NCBI RefSeq assembly: GCF_964355755.1
Contig: NC_092670.1
Span: 28,136,388-28,200,387 of the forward strand
Length of the DNA stretch: 64,000 nt
Source of the DNA: Antedon mediterranea
Lineage: Eukaryota > Animalia > Echinodermata
Direction: 5' to 3'
Shown here: piece by piece, positions 43,001 through 58,000 of the stretch
How positions within the stretch are numbered: the stretch's first letter is position 1
Layout of the letters: every line of letters starts with the position of its first letter
The notes under the pieces: generated by a model
Seen by the model: only the letters and a program-made list of their open reading frames with translations
Told to the model about the DNA's origin: nothing
Databases searched by the model: none
Translations under genes and position numbers: made by a program

Positions 43001-46000
43001 TTTTATGTTAACAAGTTTTTTCGAAAATCACAAAATGGTCTAAAACGTCTCCAAATGCGATTTTAAGCTATTCTAAGCAATTTGGTGTTTTTATGTTAAC
43101 AAGTTTTTTCGAAAATCACAAAATGGTCTAAAACGTCTCCAAATGCGATTTGAAGCTATTCTGTACACTTTGCTGTTTTGTGTGAATAATTTTTGTCGAA
43201 ATGCTCAAAATGGTCAAAAACGTTTTTGAATACGATATTAAGCTATTTTGTGCTCTTTGATGTTTTTGTGTGGTAAGTTTTATCGAAATGCTCAAAATGG
43301 TCTAAAACGGTTTCTAATGTGATTTTAAGCACTTTGATGTTTTTATGTTGACAACTTTTTTAGAAAATCACAAAATGGTCTAAAACGTCTCCAAATGCGA
43401 TTTGAAGCAATTCTAAGCACTTTGGTGTTTTTATGGTAACGAGTTTTTTTGAATATCACAAAATGGTCTAAAATGTCTCCAAATGCGATTTGAAGCTTTT
43501 CTAAGCACTTTGGTGTTTTTATGGTAACGAGTTATTTCGAAAATCACAAAATGTTCTAAAACGTCTCCAAATGCGATTTGAAGCTATTCTGTACACTTTA
43601 CTGTTTTGTGTGAATAATTTTTGTCAAAATGCTCAAAATGGTCAAAAACGTTTTTAAATACTATATTAAGCTATTTTGTGCTCTTTTATGTTTTTGTGTG
43701 AAAAGTTTTATCGAAATGCTCAAAATGGTCTAAAACGTTTTCTACTGTGATTTTAAGCACTTTGATGTTTTTATGTTAACAACTTTTTTAGAAAATTACA
43801 AAATGGTGTAAAACGTCTCCAAATGCGATTTGAAGCTATTCTAAGCAATTTGGTGTTTTTATGTTAACAAGTTTTTTCGAGAATCACAAAATGGTCTAAA
43901 ACGTCTCCAAATGCGATTTGAAGCTATTCTAAGCACTTTGGTGTTTTTATGTTAACAAGTTTTTTCGAAAATCACAAAATGGTATAAAACGTCTCCAAAT
44001 GCGATTTGAAGGTATTTTAAGCACTTTGATGTTTTTATGTTAACGAGTTTTTTCGAAAATCACAAAATGGTCTAAAACGTCTCCAAATGCGATTTGAAGC
44101 TATTCTAAGCACTTTGGTGTTTTTATGTTAACAAGTTTTTTCGAAAATCACAAAATGGTCTAAAACGTCTCCAAATGCGATTTGAAGCTATTCTAAGCAC
44201 TTTGGTGTTTTTATGTTAACAAGTTTTTTCGAAAATCACAAAATGGTATAAAACGTCTCCAAATGCGATTTTAAGATATTCTAAGCACTTTTGTGTTTTT
44301 ATGTTAACAAGTTTTTTCGAAAATTACAAAATGGTCTAAAATGTCTCAAAATGCGATTTGAAGCTATTCTGTACACTTTGATGTTTTTATGTTAACAAGT
44401 TTTTCGAAAGTCACAAAATGGTCTAAAACGTCTCCAAATGCGATTTGAAGCTATTTTAAGCACTTTGGTGTTTTTGTGTAACCAAGTTTTTTCGAAAATC
44501 ACAAAAGGGTCTAAATGTCTCAAAATGCGATTTGAAGCTATTCTGTACACTTTGATGTTTTTATGTTAACAAGTTTTTTCGAAAGTCACAAAATGGTCTA
44601 AAACGTATCCAAATGCGATTTGAAGCAATTCTAAGCACTTTGGTGTTTTTATGTTAACAAGTTTTTTCGAAAATCACAAAATGGTCTAAAACGTCTCCAA
44701 ATGCGATTTGAAGCTATTTTAAGCACTTTGGTGTTTTTATGTTAACAAGTTTTTTCGAAAATCACAAAATGGTCTAAAACGTCTCCAAATGCGATTTGAA
44801 GCTATTCTGTACACTTTACTGTTTTTTGTGAATAATTTTTGTCGAAATGCTCAAAATGGTCAAAAACGTTTTTAAATACGATATTAAGCTATTTTGTGCT
44901 CTTTGATGTTTTTGTGTGAAAAGTTTTATCGAAATGCTCAAAATGGTCTAAAACGGTTTCTAATGTGATTTTAAGCACTTTGATGTTTTTATTTTAACAA
45001 CTTTTTTAGAAAATCACAAAATGGTCTAAAATGTCTCCAAATGCGATTTCAAGCTATTCTTAGCACTTTGGTGTTTTTATGTTAACAAGTTTTTTCGAAA
45101 ATCACAAAATGGTCTAAAACGTCTCCAAATGCGATTTGAAGCTACTCTAAGCACTTTGGTGTTTTTATGTTAACAACTTTTTTAGAAAATCACAAAATGG
45201 TCTAAAACGGTTTCTAATGTGATTTTAAGCACTTTGATGTTTTTATGTTAACAACTTTTTTAGAAAATCACAAAATGGTCTAAAACGTCTCCAAATGCGA
45301 TTTGAAGCAATTCTAAGCACTTTGGTGTTTTTATGGTAACGAGTTTTTTTGAATATCACAAAATGGTCTAAAATTTCTCCAAATGCGATTTGAAGCTTTT
45401 CTAAGCACTTTGGTGTTTTTATGTTTACAAGTTTTTTCGAAAATCACAAAATGGTCTAAAACGGCTTCAAATGCGATTTGAAGCTATTTTAAGCACTTTG
45501 CTGTTTTGTGTGAATAATTTTTGTCAAAATGCTCAAAATGGTCAAAAACGTTTTTAAATACTATATTAAGCTATTTTGTGCTCTTTGATGTTTTTGTGTG
45601 AAAAGTTTTATCGAAATGCTCAAAATGGTCTAAAACGGTTTCTAATGTGATTTTAAGCACTTTGATGTTTTTATGTTAACAACTTTTTTAGAAAATTACA
45701 AAATGGTGTAAAACGTCTCCAAATGCGATTTGAAGCTATTCTAAGCAATTTGGTGTTTTTATGTTAACAAGTTTTTTCGAAAATCACAAAATGGTCTAAA
45801 ACGTTTCCAAATGCGATCTGAAGCTATTCTAAGCATTTTTGTGTTTTTATGTTAACAAGTTTTTTCGAAAATCACAAAATGGTCTAAAATGTCTCCAAAT
45901 GCGATTTGAAGCTTTTCTAAGCACTTTGGTGTTTTTATGTTTACAAGTTTTTTTCGAAAATCACAAAATGGTCTAAAACGTCTCCAAATGCGATTTGAAG

Positions 46001-49000
46001 CTATTCTGTACACTTTGCTGTTTTGTGTGAATAATTTTTGTCAAAATGCTCAAAATGGTCAAAAACGTTTTTAAATACTATATTAAGCTATTTTGTGTTC
46101 TTTGATGTTTTTGTGTGAAAAGTTTTTTCGAAATGCTCAAAATGGTCTAAAACGGTTTCTAATGTGATTTTAAGCACTTTGATGTTTTTATGTTAACAAC
46201 TTTTTTAGAAAATTACAAAATGGTCTAAAACGTCTCCAAATGCGATTTGAAGCAATTCTAAGCACTTTGGTGTTTTTTATGTTAACAAGTTTTTTCGAAA
46301 ATCACAAAATGGTCTAAAACGTCTCCAAAATGCGATTTGAAGCTATTCTAAGCACTTTGGTGTTTTTATGTTAACAAGTTTTTTCGAAATTCACAAAATG
46401 GTATAAAACGTCTCCAAATGCGATTTTAAGGTATTTTAAGCACTTTGATGTTTTTATGTTAACGAGTTTTTTCGAAAATTACAAAATGGTCTAAAACGTC
46501 TCCAAATGCGATTTGAAGCTATTTTAAGCACTTTGGTGTTTTTGTGTAACCAAGTTTTTTCGAAAATCACAAAAGGGTCTAAAATGTCTCAAAATGCGAT
46601 TTGAAGCTATTCTGTACACTTTGATGTTTTTATGTTAACAAGTTTTTTCGAAAGTCACAAAATGGTCTAAAACGTCTCCAAATGCGATTTGAAGCTATTC
46701 TAAGCACTTTGGTGTTTTTATGGTAATTTATTTCGAAAATCACAAAATGGTCTAAAACATCTCCAAATGCGATTTTAAGCTATTCTAAGCACTTTGGTGT
46801 TTTTATGTTAACAAGTTTTTTCGAAAATCACAAAAATAGTCTAAAACGTCTCCAAATGCGATTTGAAGCTATTCTAAGCACTTTGGTGTTTTTATGTTAA
46901 CAAGTTTTTTCGAAAATCACAAAATGGTGTAAAACGTCTCCAAATGCGATTTGAAGCTATTGTAAGCACTTTGGTGTTTTTATGTTAACAAGTTTTTTCA
47001 AAAATCACAAAATGGTGTAAAACGTCTCCAAATGCGATTTTAAGCTATTCTAAGCAATTTGGTGTTTTTATGTTAACAAGTTTTTTCGAAAATCACAAAA
47101 TGGTCTAAAACGTCTCCAAATGCGATTTGAAGCTATTCTGTACACTTTACTGTTTTTTGTGAATAATTTTTGTCGAAATGCTCAAAATGGTCAAAAACGT
47201 TTTCAAATACGATATTAAGCTATTTTGTGCTCTTTGATGTTTTTGTGTGAAAAGTTTTATCGAAATGCTTAAAATGTTCTAAAACGGTTTCTAATGTGAT
47301 TTTAAGCACTTTGATGTTTTTATGTTAACGAATTTTTTCGAAAATCACAAAATGGTCTAAAATGTCTCCAAATGCGATTTCAAGCTATTCTGAGCACTTT
47401 GGTGTTTTATGTTAACTAGTTTTTTTCGAAAAACACAAAATGGTCTAAAACGTCTCCAAATGCGATTTGAAGCTATTCTAAGCAATTTGGTGTTTTTATG
47501 TTAACAAGTTTTTTCGAAAATCACAAAATGGTCTAAAACGTCTCCAAATGCGATTTGAAGCTATTCTAAGCACTTTGGTGTTTTTATGGTAATTTATTTC
47601 GAAAATCACAAAATTGTCTAAAACATCTCCAAATGCGATTTTAAGCTATTCTAAGCACTTTGGTGTTTTTATGTTAACAAGTTTTTTCGAAAATCACAAA
47701 ATGGTCTAAAATGTCTCCAAATGCGATTTGAAGCTATTCTAAGCACTTTGGTGTTTTTATGTTTACAAGTTTTTTCGAAAATCACAAAATGGTCTAAAAC
47801 GGTTTCTAATGTGATTTTAAGCACTTTGATGTTTTTATGTTAACAACTTTTTTAGAAAATCACAAAATGGTCTAAAACGTCTCCAAATGCGATTTGAAGC
47901 AATTCTAAGCACTTTGGTGTTTTTATGGTAACGAGTTTTTTTGAATATCACAAAATGGTCTAAAATGTCTCCAAATGCGATTTGAAGCTTTTCTAAGCAC
48001 TTTGGTGTTTTTATGTTTACAAGTTTTTTCGAAAATCACAAAATGGTCTAAAACGGCTCCAAATGCGATTTGACGCTATTTTAAGCACTTTGGTGTTTTT
48101 GTGTAACCAAGTTTTTTCGAAAATCACAAAAGGGTCTAAAATGTCTCAAAATGCGATTTGAAGCTATTCTGTACACTTTGATGTTTTTATGTTAACAAGT
48201 TTTTCGAAAGTCACAAAATGGTCTAAAACGTCTCCAAATGCGATTTGAAGCTATTCTAAGCACTTTGGTGTTTTTATGTTAACAAGTTTTTTCGAAAATC
48301 ACAAAATGCTCTAAAACGTCTCCAAATGCGATTTGAAGCTATTCTGTACACTTTACTGTTTTTTGTGAATAATTTTTGTCGAAATGCTCAAAATGGTCAA
48401 AAACGTTTTTAAATACGATATTAAGCTATTTTGTGCTCTTTGATGTTTTTGTGTGAAAAGTTTTATCGAAATGCTCAAAATGTTCTAAAACGGTTTCTAA
48501 TGTGATTTTAAGCACTTTGATGTTTTTATGTTAACGATTTTTTTCGAAAATCACAAAATGGTCTAAAATGTCTCCAAATGCGATTTCAAGCTATTCTTAG
48601 CACTTTGGTGTTTTTATGTTAACAAGTTTTTTCGAAAATCACAAAATGGTCTAAAACGTCTCCAAATGCGATTTTAAGCTATTCTAAGCAATTTAGTGTT
48701 TTTATGTTAACAAGTTTTTTCGAAAATCACAAAATGGTCTAAAACGTCTCCAAATGCGATTTGAAGCTTTTCTAAGCTTACTTTGGTGTTTTTATGTTTA
48801 GGAGTTTTTTCGAAAATCACAAAATGGTCTAAAACGTCTCCAAATTCGATTTGAAGCTATTCTAAGCACTTTGGTGTTTTTATGTTAACAACTTTTTTAG
48901 AAAATCACAAAATGGTCTAAAACGGTTTCTAATGTGATTTTAAGCACTTTGATGTTTTTATGTTAACAACTTTTTTAGAAAATCACAAAATGGTCTAAAA

Positions 49001-52000
49001 CGTCTCCAAATGCGATTTGAAGCAATTCTAAGCACTTTGGTGTTTTTATGGTAACGAGTTTTTTTGAATATCACAAAATGGTCTAAAATGTCTCCAAATG
49101 CGATTTGAAGCTTTTCTAAGCACTTTGGTGTTTTTATGTTTACAAGTTTTTTTCGAAAATCACAAAATGGTCTAAAACGGCTCCAAATGCGATTTGAAGC
49201 TATTCTAAGCACTTTGGTGTTTTTATGTTAACAAGTTTTTTCGAAAATCACAAAATGGTCTAAAATGTCTCCAAATGCGATTTGAAGCTTTTCTAAGCAC
49301 TTTGGTGTTTTTAAGTTTACAAGTTTTTTCGAAAATCACAAAATGGTCTAAAACGTCTCCAAATGCGATTTGAAGCTATTCTAAGCAATTTGGTGTTTTT
49401 ATGTTAACAAGTTTTTTCGAAAATCACAAAATGGTCTAAAACGTCTCCAAATGCGATTTGAAGCTATTCTAAGCACTTTGGTGTTTTTATGTTAACAACT
49501 TTTTTAGAAAATCACAAAATGGTCTAAAACGGTTTCTAATGTGATTTTAAGCACTTTGATGTTTTTATGTTAAATACTTTTTTAGAAAATCACAAAATGG
49601 TCTAAAACGTCTCCAAATGCGATTTGAAGCAATTCTAAGCACTTTGGTGTTTTTATGGTAACGAGTTTTTTTGAATATCACAAAATGGTCTAAAATGTCT
49701 CCAAATGCGATTTGAAGCTTTTCTAAGCACTTTGGTGTTTTTATGTTTACAAGTTTTTTCGAAAATCACAAAATGGTCTAAAACGGCTCCAAATGCGATT
49801 TGAAGCTATTTTAAGCACTTTGGTGTTTTTGTGTAACCAAGTTTTTTCGAAAATCACAAAAGGGTCTAAAATGTCTCAAAATGCGATTTGAAGCTATTCT
49901 GTACACTTTGATGTTTTTATGTTAACAAGTTTTTCGAAAGTCACAAAATGGTCTAAAACGTCTCCAAATGCGATTTGAAGCTATTCTAAGCACTTTGGTG
50001 TTTTTATGTTAACAAGTTTTTTCGAAAATCACAAAATGCTCTAAAACGTCTCCAAATGCGATTTGAAGCTATTCTGTACACTTTACTGTTTTTTGTGAAT
50101 AATTTTTGTCGAAATGCTCAAAATGGTCAAAAACGTTTTTAAATACGATATTAAGCTATTTTGTGCTCTTTGATGTTTTTGTGTGAAAAGTTTTATCGAA
50201 ATGCTCAAAATGTTCTAAAACGGTTTCTAATGTGATTTTAAGCACTTTGATGTTTTTATGTTAACGATTTTTTTCGAAAATCACAAAATGGTCTAAAATG
50301 TCTCCAAATGCGATTTCAAGCTATTCTTAGCACTTTGGTGTTTTTATGTTAACAAGTTTTTTCGAAAATCACAAAATGGTCTAAAACGTCTCCAAATGCG
50401 ATTTTAAGCTATTCTAAGCAATTTGGTGTTTTTATGTTAACAAGTTTTTTCGAAAATCACAAAATGGTCTAAAACGTCTCCAAATGCGATTTGAAGCTTT
50501 TCTAAGCTTACTTTGGTGTTTTTATGTTTAGGAGTTTTTTCGAAAATCACAAAATGGTCTAAAACGTCTCCAAATTCGATTTGAAGCTATTCTAAGCACT
50601 TTGGTGTTTTTATGTTAACAACTTTTTTAGAAAATCACAAAATGGTCTAAAACGGTTTCTAATGTGATTTTAAGCACTTTGATGTTTTTATGTTAACAAC
50701 TTCTTTAGAAAATCACAAAATGGTCTAAAACGTCTCCAAATGCGATTTGAAGCAATTCTAAGCACTTTGGTGTTTTTATGGTAACGAGTTTTTTTGAATA
50801 TCACAAAATGGTCTAAAATGTCTCCAAATGCGATTTGAAGCTTTTCTAAGCACTTTGGTGTTTTTATGTTTACAAGTTTTTTTTGAAAATCACAAAATGG
50901 TCTAAAACGGCTCCAAATGCGATTTTTAAGCTATTCTAAGCACTTTGGTGTTTTTATGTTAACAAGTTTTTTCGAAAATCACAAAATGGTCTGAAACGTC
51001 TCCAAATGCGATTTGAAGCTATTCTAAGCAATTTGGTGTTTTTATGTTAACAAGTTTTTTCGAAAATCACAAAATGGTCTAAAACGTCTCCAAATGCGAT
51101 TTGAAGCTATTCTAAGCACTTTGGTGTTTTTATGTTAACAACTTTTTTAGAAAATCACAAAATGGTCTAAAACGGTTTCTAATGTGATTTTAAGCACTTT
51201 GATGTTTTTATGTTAACAACTTTTTTAGAAAATCACAAAATGGTCTAAAACGTCTCCAAATGCGATTTGAAGCAATTCTAAGCACTTTGGTGTTTTTATG
51301 GTAACGAGTTTTTTTGAATATCACAAAATGGTCTAAAATGTCTCCAAATGCGATTTGAAGCTTTTCTAAGGACTTTGGTGTTTTTATGTTTACAAGTTTT
51401 TTCGAAAATCACAAAATGGTCTAAAACGGCTCCAAATGCGATTTGAAGCTATTTTAAGCACTTTGGTGTTTTTGTGTAACCAAGTTTTTTCGAAAATCAC
51501 AAAAGGGTCTAAAATGTCTCAAAATGCGATTTGAAGCTATTCTGTACACTTTGATGTTTTTATGTTAACAAGTTTTTCGAAAGTCACAAAATGGTCTAAA
51601 ACGTCTCCAAATGCGATTTGAAGCTATTCTGTACACTTTACTGTTTTTTGTGAATAATTTTTGTCGAAATGCTCAAAATGGTCAAAAACGTTTTTAAAAA
51701 CGATATTAAGCTACAACTAAGCTATTCTAAGCACTTTGGTGTTTTTATGTTAACAACTTTTTTAGAAAATCACAAAATGGTCTAAAACGGTTTCTAATGT
51801 GATTTTAAGCACTTTGATGTTTTTATGTTAACAACTTTTTTAGAAAATCACAAAATGGTCTAAAACGGTTTCTAATGTGATTTTAAGCACTTTGATGTTT
51901 TTATGTTAACAACTTTTTTAGAAAATCACAAAATGGTCTAAAACGTCTCCAAATGCGATTTGAAGCAATTCTAAGCACTTTGGTGTTTTTATGGTAACGA

Positions 52001-55000
52001 GTTTTTTTGAATATCACAAAATGGTCTAAAATGTCTCCAAATGCGATTTGAAGCTTTTCTAAGCACTTTGGTGTTTTTATGTTTACAAGTTTTTTTCGAA
52101 AATCACAAAATGGTCTAAAACGGCTCCAAATGCGATTTGAAGCTATTCTAAGCACTTTGGTGTTTTTATGTTAACAAGTTTTTTCGAAAATCACAAAATG
52201 GTCTAAAATGTCTCCAAATGCGATTTGAAGCTTTTCTAAGCACTTTGGTGTTTTTATGTTTACAAGTTTTTTCGAAAATCACAAAATGGTCTAAAACGGC
52301 TCCAAATGCGATTTGAGGCTATTTTAAGCACTTTGGTGTTTTTGTGTAACCAAGTTTTTTCGAAAATCACAAAAGGGTCTAAAATGTCTCAAAATGCGAT
52401 TTGAAGCTATTCTGTACACTTTGATGTTTTTATGTTAACAAGTTTTTCGAAAGTCACAAAATGGTCTAAAACGTCTCCAAATGCGATTTGAAGCTATTCT
52501 AAGCACTTTGGTGTTTTTATGTTAACAAGTTTTTTCGAAAATCACAAAATGCTCTAAAACGTCTCCAAATGCGATTTGAAGCTATTCTGTACACTTTACT
52601 GTTTTTTGTGAATAATTTTTGTCGAAATGCTCAAAATGGTCAAAAACGTTTTTAAATACGATATTAAGCTATTTTGTGCTCTTTGATGTTTTTGTGTGAA
52701 AAGTTTTATCGAAATGCTCAAAATGTTCTAAAACGGTTTCTAATGTGATTTTAAGCACTTTGATGTTTTTATGTTAACGAATTTTTTCGAAAATCACAAA
52801 ATGGTCTAAAATGTCTCCAAATGCGATTTCAAGCTATTCTTAGCACTTTGGTGTTTTTATGTTAACAAGTTTTTTCGAAAATCACAAAATGGTCTAAAAC
52901 GTCTCCAAATGCGATTTTAAGCTATTCTAAGCAATTTGGTGTTTTTATGTTAACAAGTTTTTTCGAAAATCACAAAATGGTCTAAAACGTCTCCAAATGC
53001 GATTTGAAGCTTTTCTAAGCTTACTTTGGTGTTTTTATGTTTAGGAGTTTTTTCGAAAATCACAAAATGGTCTAAAACGTCTCCAAATTCGATTTGAAGC
53101 TATTCTAAGCACTTTGGTGTTTTTATGTTAACAACTTTTTTAGAAAATCACAAAATGGTCTAAAACGGTTTCTAATGTGATTTTAAGCACTTTGATGTTT
53201 TTATGTTAACAACTTTTTTAGAAAATCACAAAATGGTCTAAAACGTCTCCAAATGCGATTTGAAGCAATTCTAAGCACTTTGGTGTTTTTATGGTAACGA
53301 GTTTTTTTGAATATCACAAAATGGTCTAAAATGTCTCCAAATGCGATTTGAAGCTTTTCTAAGCACTTTGGTGTTTTTATGTTTACAAGTTTTTTTCGAA
53401 AATCACAAAATGGTCTAAAACGGCTCCAAATGCGATTTGAAGCTATTCTAAGCACTTTGGTGTTTTTATGTTAACAAGTTTTTTCGAAAATCACAAAATG
53501 GTCTAAAACGTCTCCAAATGCGATTTGAAGCTATTCTGTACACTTTGCTGTTTTGTGTGAATAATTTTTGTCGAAATGCTCAAAATGGTCAAAAACGTTT
53601 TTAAAAACGATATTAAGCTATTTTGTGCTCTTTGATGTTTTTGTGTGAAAAGTTTTATAGAAATGCTCAAAATGGTCTAAAACGGTTTCTAATGTGATTT
53701 TAAGCACTTTGATGTTTTTATGTTAACGAGTTTTTTCGAAAATCACAAAATGGTCTAAAATGTCTCCAAATGCGATTTCAAGCTATTCTTAGCACTTTGG
53801 TGTTTTTATGTTTACAAGTTTTTTCGAAAATCACAAAATGGTCTAAAACGTCGCCAAATGCGATTTGAAGCACTTTGGTGTTTTTATGGTAATTTATTTC
53901 GAAAATCACAAAATTGTCTAAAACATCTCCAAATGCGATTTTAAACTATTCTAAGCACTTTGGTGTTTTTATGTTAACAAGTTTTTTCGAAAATCACAAA
54001 ATGGTCTAAAATGTCTCAAAATGCGATTTGAAGCTTTTCTAAGCACTTTGGTGTTTTTATGTTTACAAGTTTTTTCGAAAATCACAAAATGGTCTAAAAC
54101 GTCTCCAAATGCGATTTTAAGCTATTCTAAGCAATTTGGTGTTTTTATGTTAACAAGTTTTTTCGAAAATCACAAAATGGTCGAAAATGTCACCAAATGC
54201 GATTTGAAGCTATTCTGTACACTTTGCTGTTTTGTGTGAATAATTTTTGTCGAAATGCTCAAAATGGTCAAAAACGTTTTTAAATACGATATTAAGCTAT
54301 TTTGTGCTCTTTGATGTTTTTGTGTGAAAAGTTTTATCGAAATGCTCAAAATGGTCTAAAACGGTTTCTAATGTGATTTTAAGCACTTTGATGTTTTTAT
54401 GTTAACAACTTTTTTAGAAAATCACAAAATGGTCTAAAACGTCTCCAAATGCGATTTGAAGTAATTCTAAGCACTTTGGTGTTTTTATGGTAACGAGTTT
54501 TTTTGAATATCACAAAATGGTCTAAAATGTCTCCAAATGCGATTTGAAGCTTTTCTAAGCACTTTAGTGTTTTTATGGTAACGAGTTATTTCGAAAATCA
54601 CAAAATGGTCTAAAACGTCTCCAAATGCGATTTGAAGCTATTCTGTACACTTTGCTGTTTTGTGTGAATAATTTTTGTCAAAATTCTCAAAATGGTCAAA
54701 AACGTTTTTTAATACTATATTAAGCTATTTTGTGCTCTTTGATGTTTTTGTGTGAAAAGTTTTATCGAAATGCTCAAAATGGTCTAAAACGGTTTCTAAT
54801 GTGATTTTAAGCACTTTGATGTTTTTATGTTAACAACTTTTTTAGAAAATTACAAAATGGTGTAAAACGTCTCCAAATGCGATTTGAAGCTATTCTAAGC
54901 ACTTTGGTGTTTTTATGGTAACGAGTTTTTTTGAATATCACAAAATGGTCTAAAATGTCTCCAAATGCGATTTGAAGCTTTTCTAAGCACTTTGGTGTTT

Positions 55001-58000
55001 TTATGTTAACAAGTTTTTTCGAAAATCACAAAATGGTCTAAAACGTCTCCAAATGTGATTTGAAGCTATTCTAAACACTTTGGTGTTTTTATGTTAACAA
55101 GTTTTTTCGAAAATCACAAATTGGTCTAAAACGTCTCCAAATGCGATTTGAAGCTATTTTAAGCACTTTGGTGTTTTTGTGTAACCAAGTTTTTTCGAAA
55201 ATCACAAAAGGGTCTAAAATGTCTCAAAATGCGATTTGAAGCTATTCTGTACACTTTGATGTTTTTTTTGTTAACAAGTTTTTTCGAAAGTCACAAAATG
55301 GTCTAAAACGTCTCCAAATGCGATTTGAAGCTATTCTAAGCACTTTGGTGTTTTTATGTTAACAAGTTTTTTCGAAAATCACAAAATGGTGTAAAAGTCT
55401 CCAAATGCGATTTGAAGCTATTCTAAGCACTTTGGTGTTTTTATGTTAACAAGTTTTTTCGAAAATCACAAAATGGTGTAAAACGTCTCCAAATGCGATT
55501 TTAAGCTATTCTAAGCAATTTGGTGTTTTTATGTTAACAAGTTTTTTCGAAAATCACAAAATGGTGTAAAACGTCTCCAAATGCGATTTTAAGCTATTCT
55601 AAGCAATTTGGTGTTTTTATGTTAACAAGTTTTTTCGAAAATCACAAAATGGTCTAAAACGTCTCCAAATGCGATTTGAAGCTATTCTGTACACTTTACT
55701 GTTTTTTGTGAATAATTTTTGTCGAAATGCTCAAAATGGTCAAAAACGTTTTCAAATACGATATTAAGCTATTTTGTGCTCTTTGATGTTTTTGTGTGAA
55801 AAGTTTTATCGAAATGCTCAAAATGGTCTAAAACGGTTTCTAATGTGATTTTAAGCACTTTGATGTTTTTATGTTAACAACTTTTTTAGAAAATTACAAA
55901 ATGGTGTAAAACGTCTCCAAATGCGATTTGAAGCTATTCTAAGCAATTTGGTGTTTTTATGTTAACAAGTTTTTTCGAAAATCACAAAATGGTCTAAAAC
56001 GTCTCCAAATGCGATTTGAAGCTATTCTAAGCACTTTGGTGTTTTTATGGTAATTTATTTCGAAAATCACAAAATTGTCTAAAACATCTCCAAATGCGAT
56101 TTTAAGCTATTCTAAGCACTTTGGTGTTTTTATGTTAACAAGTTTTTTCGAAAATCACAAAATGGTCTAAAATGTCTCCAAATGCGATTTGAAGCTATTC
56201 TAAGCACTTTGGTGTTTTTATGTTTACAAGTTTTTTCGAAAATCACAAAATGGTCTAAAACGGTTTCTAATGTGATTTTAAGCACTTTGATGTTTTTATG
56301 TTAACAACTTTTTTAGAAAATCACAAAATGGTCTAAAACGTCTCCAAATGCGATTTGAAGCAATTCTAAGCACTTTGGTGTTTTTATGGTAACGAGTTTT
56401 TTTGAATATCACAAAATGGTCTAAAATGTCTCCAAATGCGATTTGAAGCTTTTCTAAGCACTTTGGTGTTTTTATGTTTACAAGTTTTTTCGAAAATCAC
56501 AAAATGGTCTAAAACGTCTCCAAATGCGATTTTAAGGTATTCTAAGCACTTTGGTGTTTTTATGTTAACAAGTTTTTTTCGAAAATCTCAAAATGGTCTA
56601 AAACGTCTCCAAATGCGATTTGAAGCTATTCTGTACACTTTGCTGTTTTTATGGTAACGAGTTTTTTTGAATATCACAAAATGGTCTAAAACGTCTACAA
56701 ATGCGATTTGAAGCTATTCTAAGCAATTTGGTGTTTTTATGTTAACAAGTTTTTTCGAAAATCACAAAATGGTCGAAAATGTCACAAAATGCGATTTTAA
56801 GCTATTCTAAGCACTTTGTTGTTTTTATGTTAACAAGTTTTTTTCGAAAATCTCAAAATGGTCTAAAACGTCTCCAAATGCGATTTGAAGCTATTCTGTA
56901 CACTTTGCTGTTTTGTGTGAATAATTGTTGTCGAAATGCTCAAAATGGTCAAAAACGTTTTTAAATACGATATTAAGCTATTTTGTGCTCTTTGATGTTT
57001 TTGTGTGAAAAGTTTTATCGAAATGCTCAAAATGGTCTAAAACGGTTTCTAATGTGATTTTAAGCACTTTGGTGTTTTTATGTTAACAAGTTTTTTCGAA
57101 AATCACAAAATGGTCTAAAACGTCTCCAAATGTGATTTGAAGCTATTCTAAACAATTTGGTGTTTTTATGTTAACAAGTTTTTTTGAAAATCACAAATTG
57201 GTCTAAAACGTCTCCAAATGCGATTTGAAGCTATTTTAAGCACTTTGGTGTTTTTGTGTAACCAAGTTTTTTCGAAAATCACAAAAGGGTCTAAAATGTC
57301 TCAAAATGCGATTTGAAGCTATTCTGTACACTTTGATGTTTTTTTGTTAACAAGTTTTTTCGAAAGTCACAAAATGGTCTAAAACGTCTCCAAATGCGAT
57401 TTGAAGCTATTCTAAGCACTTTGCTGTTTTGTGTGAATAATTTTTGTCGAAATGCTCAAAATGGTCAAAAACGTTTTTAAATACGATATTAAGCTATTTT
57501 GTGCTCTTTGATGTTTTTGTGTGAAAAGTTTTATCGAAATGCTCAAAATGGTCTAAAACGGTTTCTAATGTGATTTTAAGCACTTTGATGTTTTTATGTT
57601 AACAACTTTTTTAGAAAATCACAAAATGGTCTAAAACGTCTCCAAATGCGATTTGAAGCAATTCTAAGCACTTTGGTGTTTTTATGGTAACGAGTTTTTT
57701 TGAATATCACAAAATGGTCGAAAATGTCACAAAATGCGATTTTAAGCTATTCTAAGCACTTTGTTGTTTTTATGTTAACAAGTTTTTTTCGAAAATCTCA
57801 AAATGGTCTAAAACGTCTCCAAATGCGATTTGAAGCTATTCTGTACACTTTGCTGTTTTGTGTGAATAATTGTTGTCGAAATGCTCAAAATGGTCAAAAA
57901 CGTTTTTAAATACGATATTAAGCTATTTTGTGCTCTTTGATGTTTTTGTGTGAAAAGTTTTATCGAAATGCTCAAAATGGTCTAAAACGGTTTCTAATGT

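Noticed and set aside
25191-57909. Ten short ORFs (61-84 aa) inside the satellite
   Set aside because: They are translations of the repeat. They appear where 1-bp T-tract indels remove stops, and identical peptides simply track DNA duplications.
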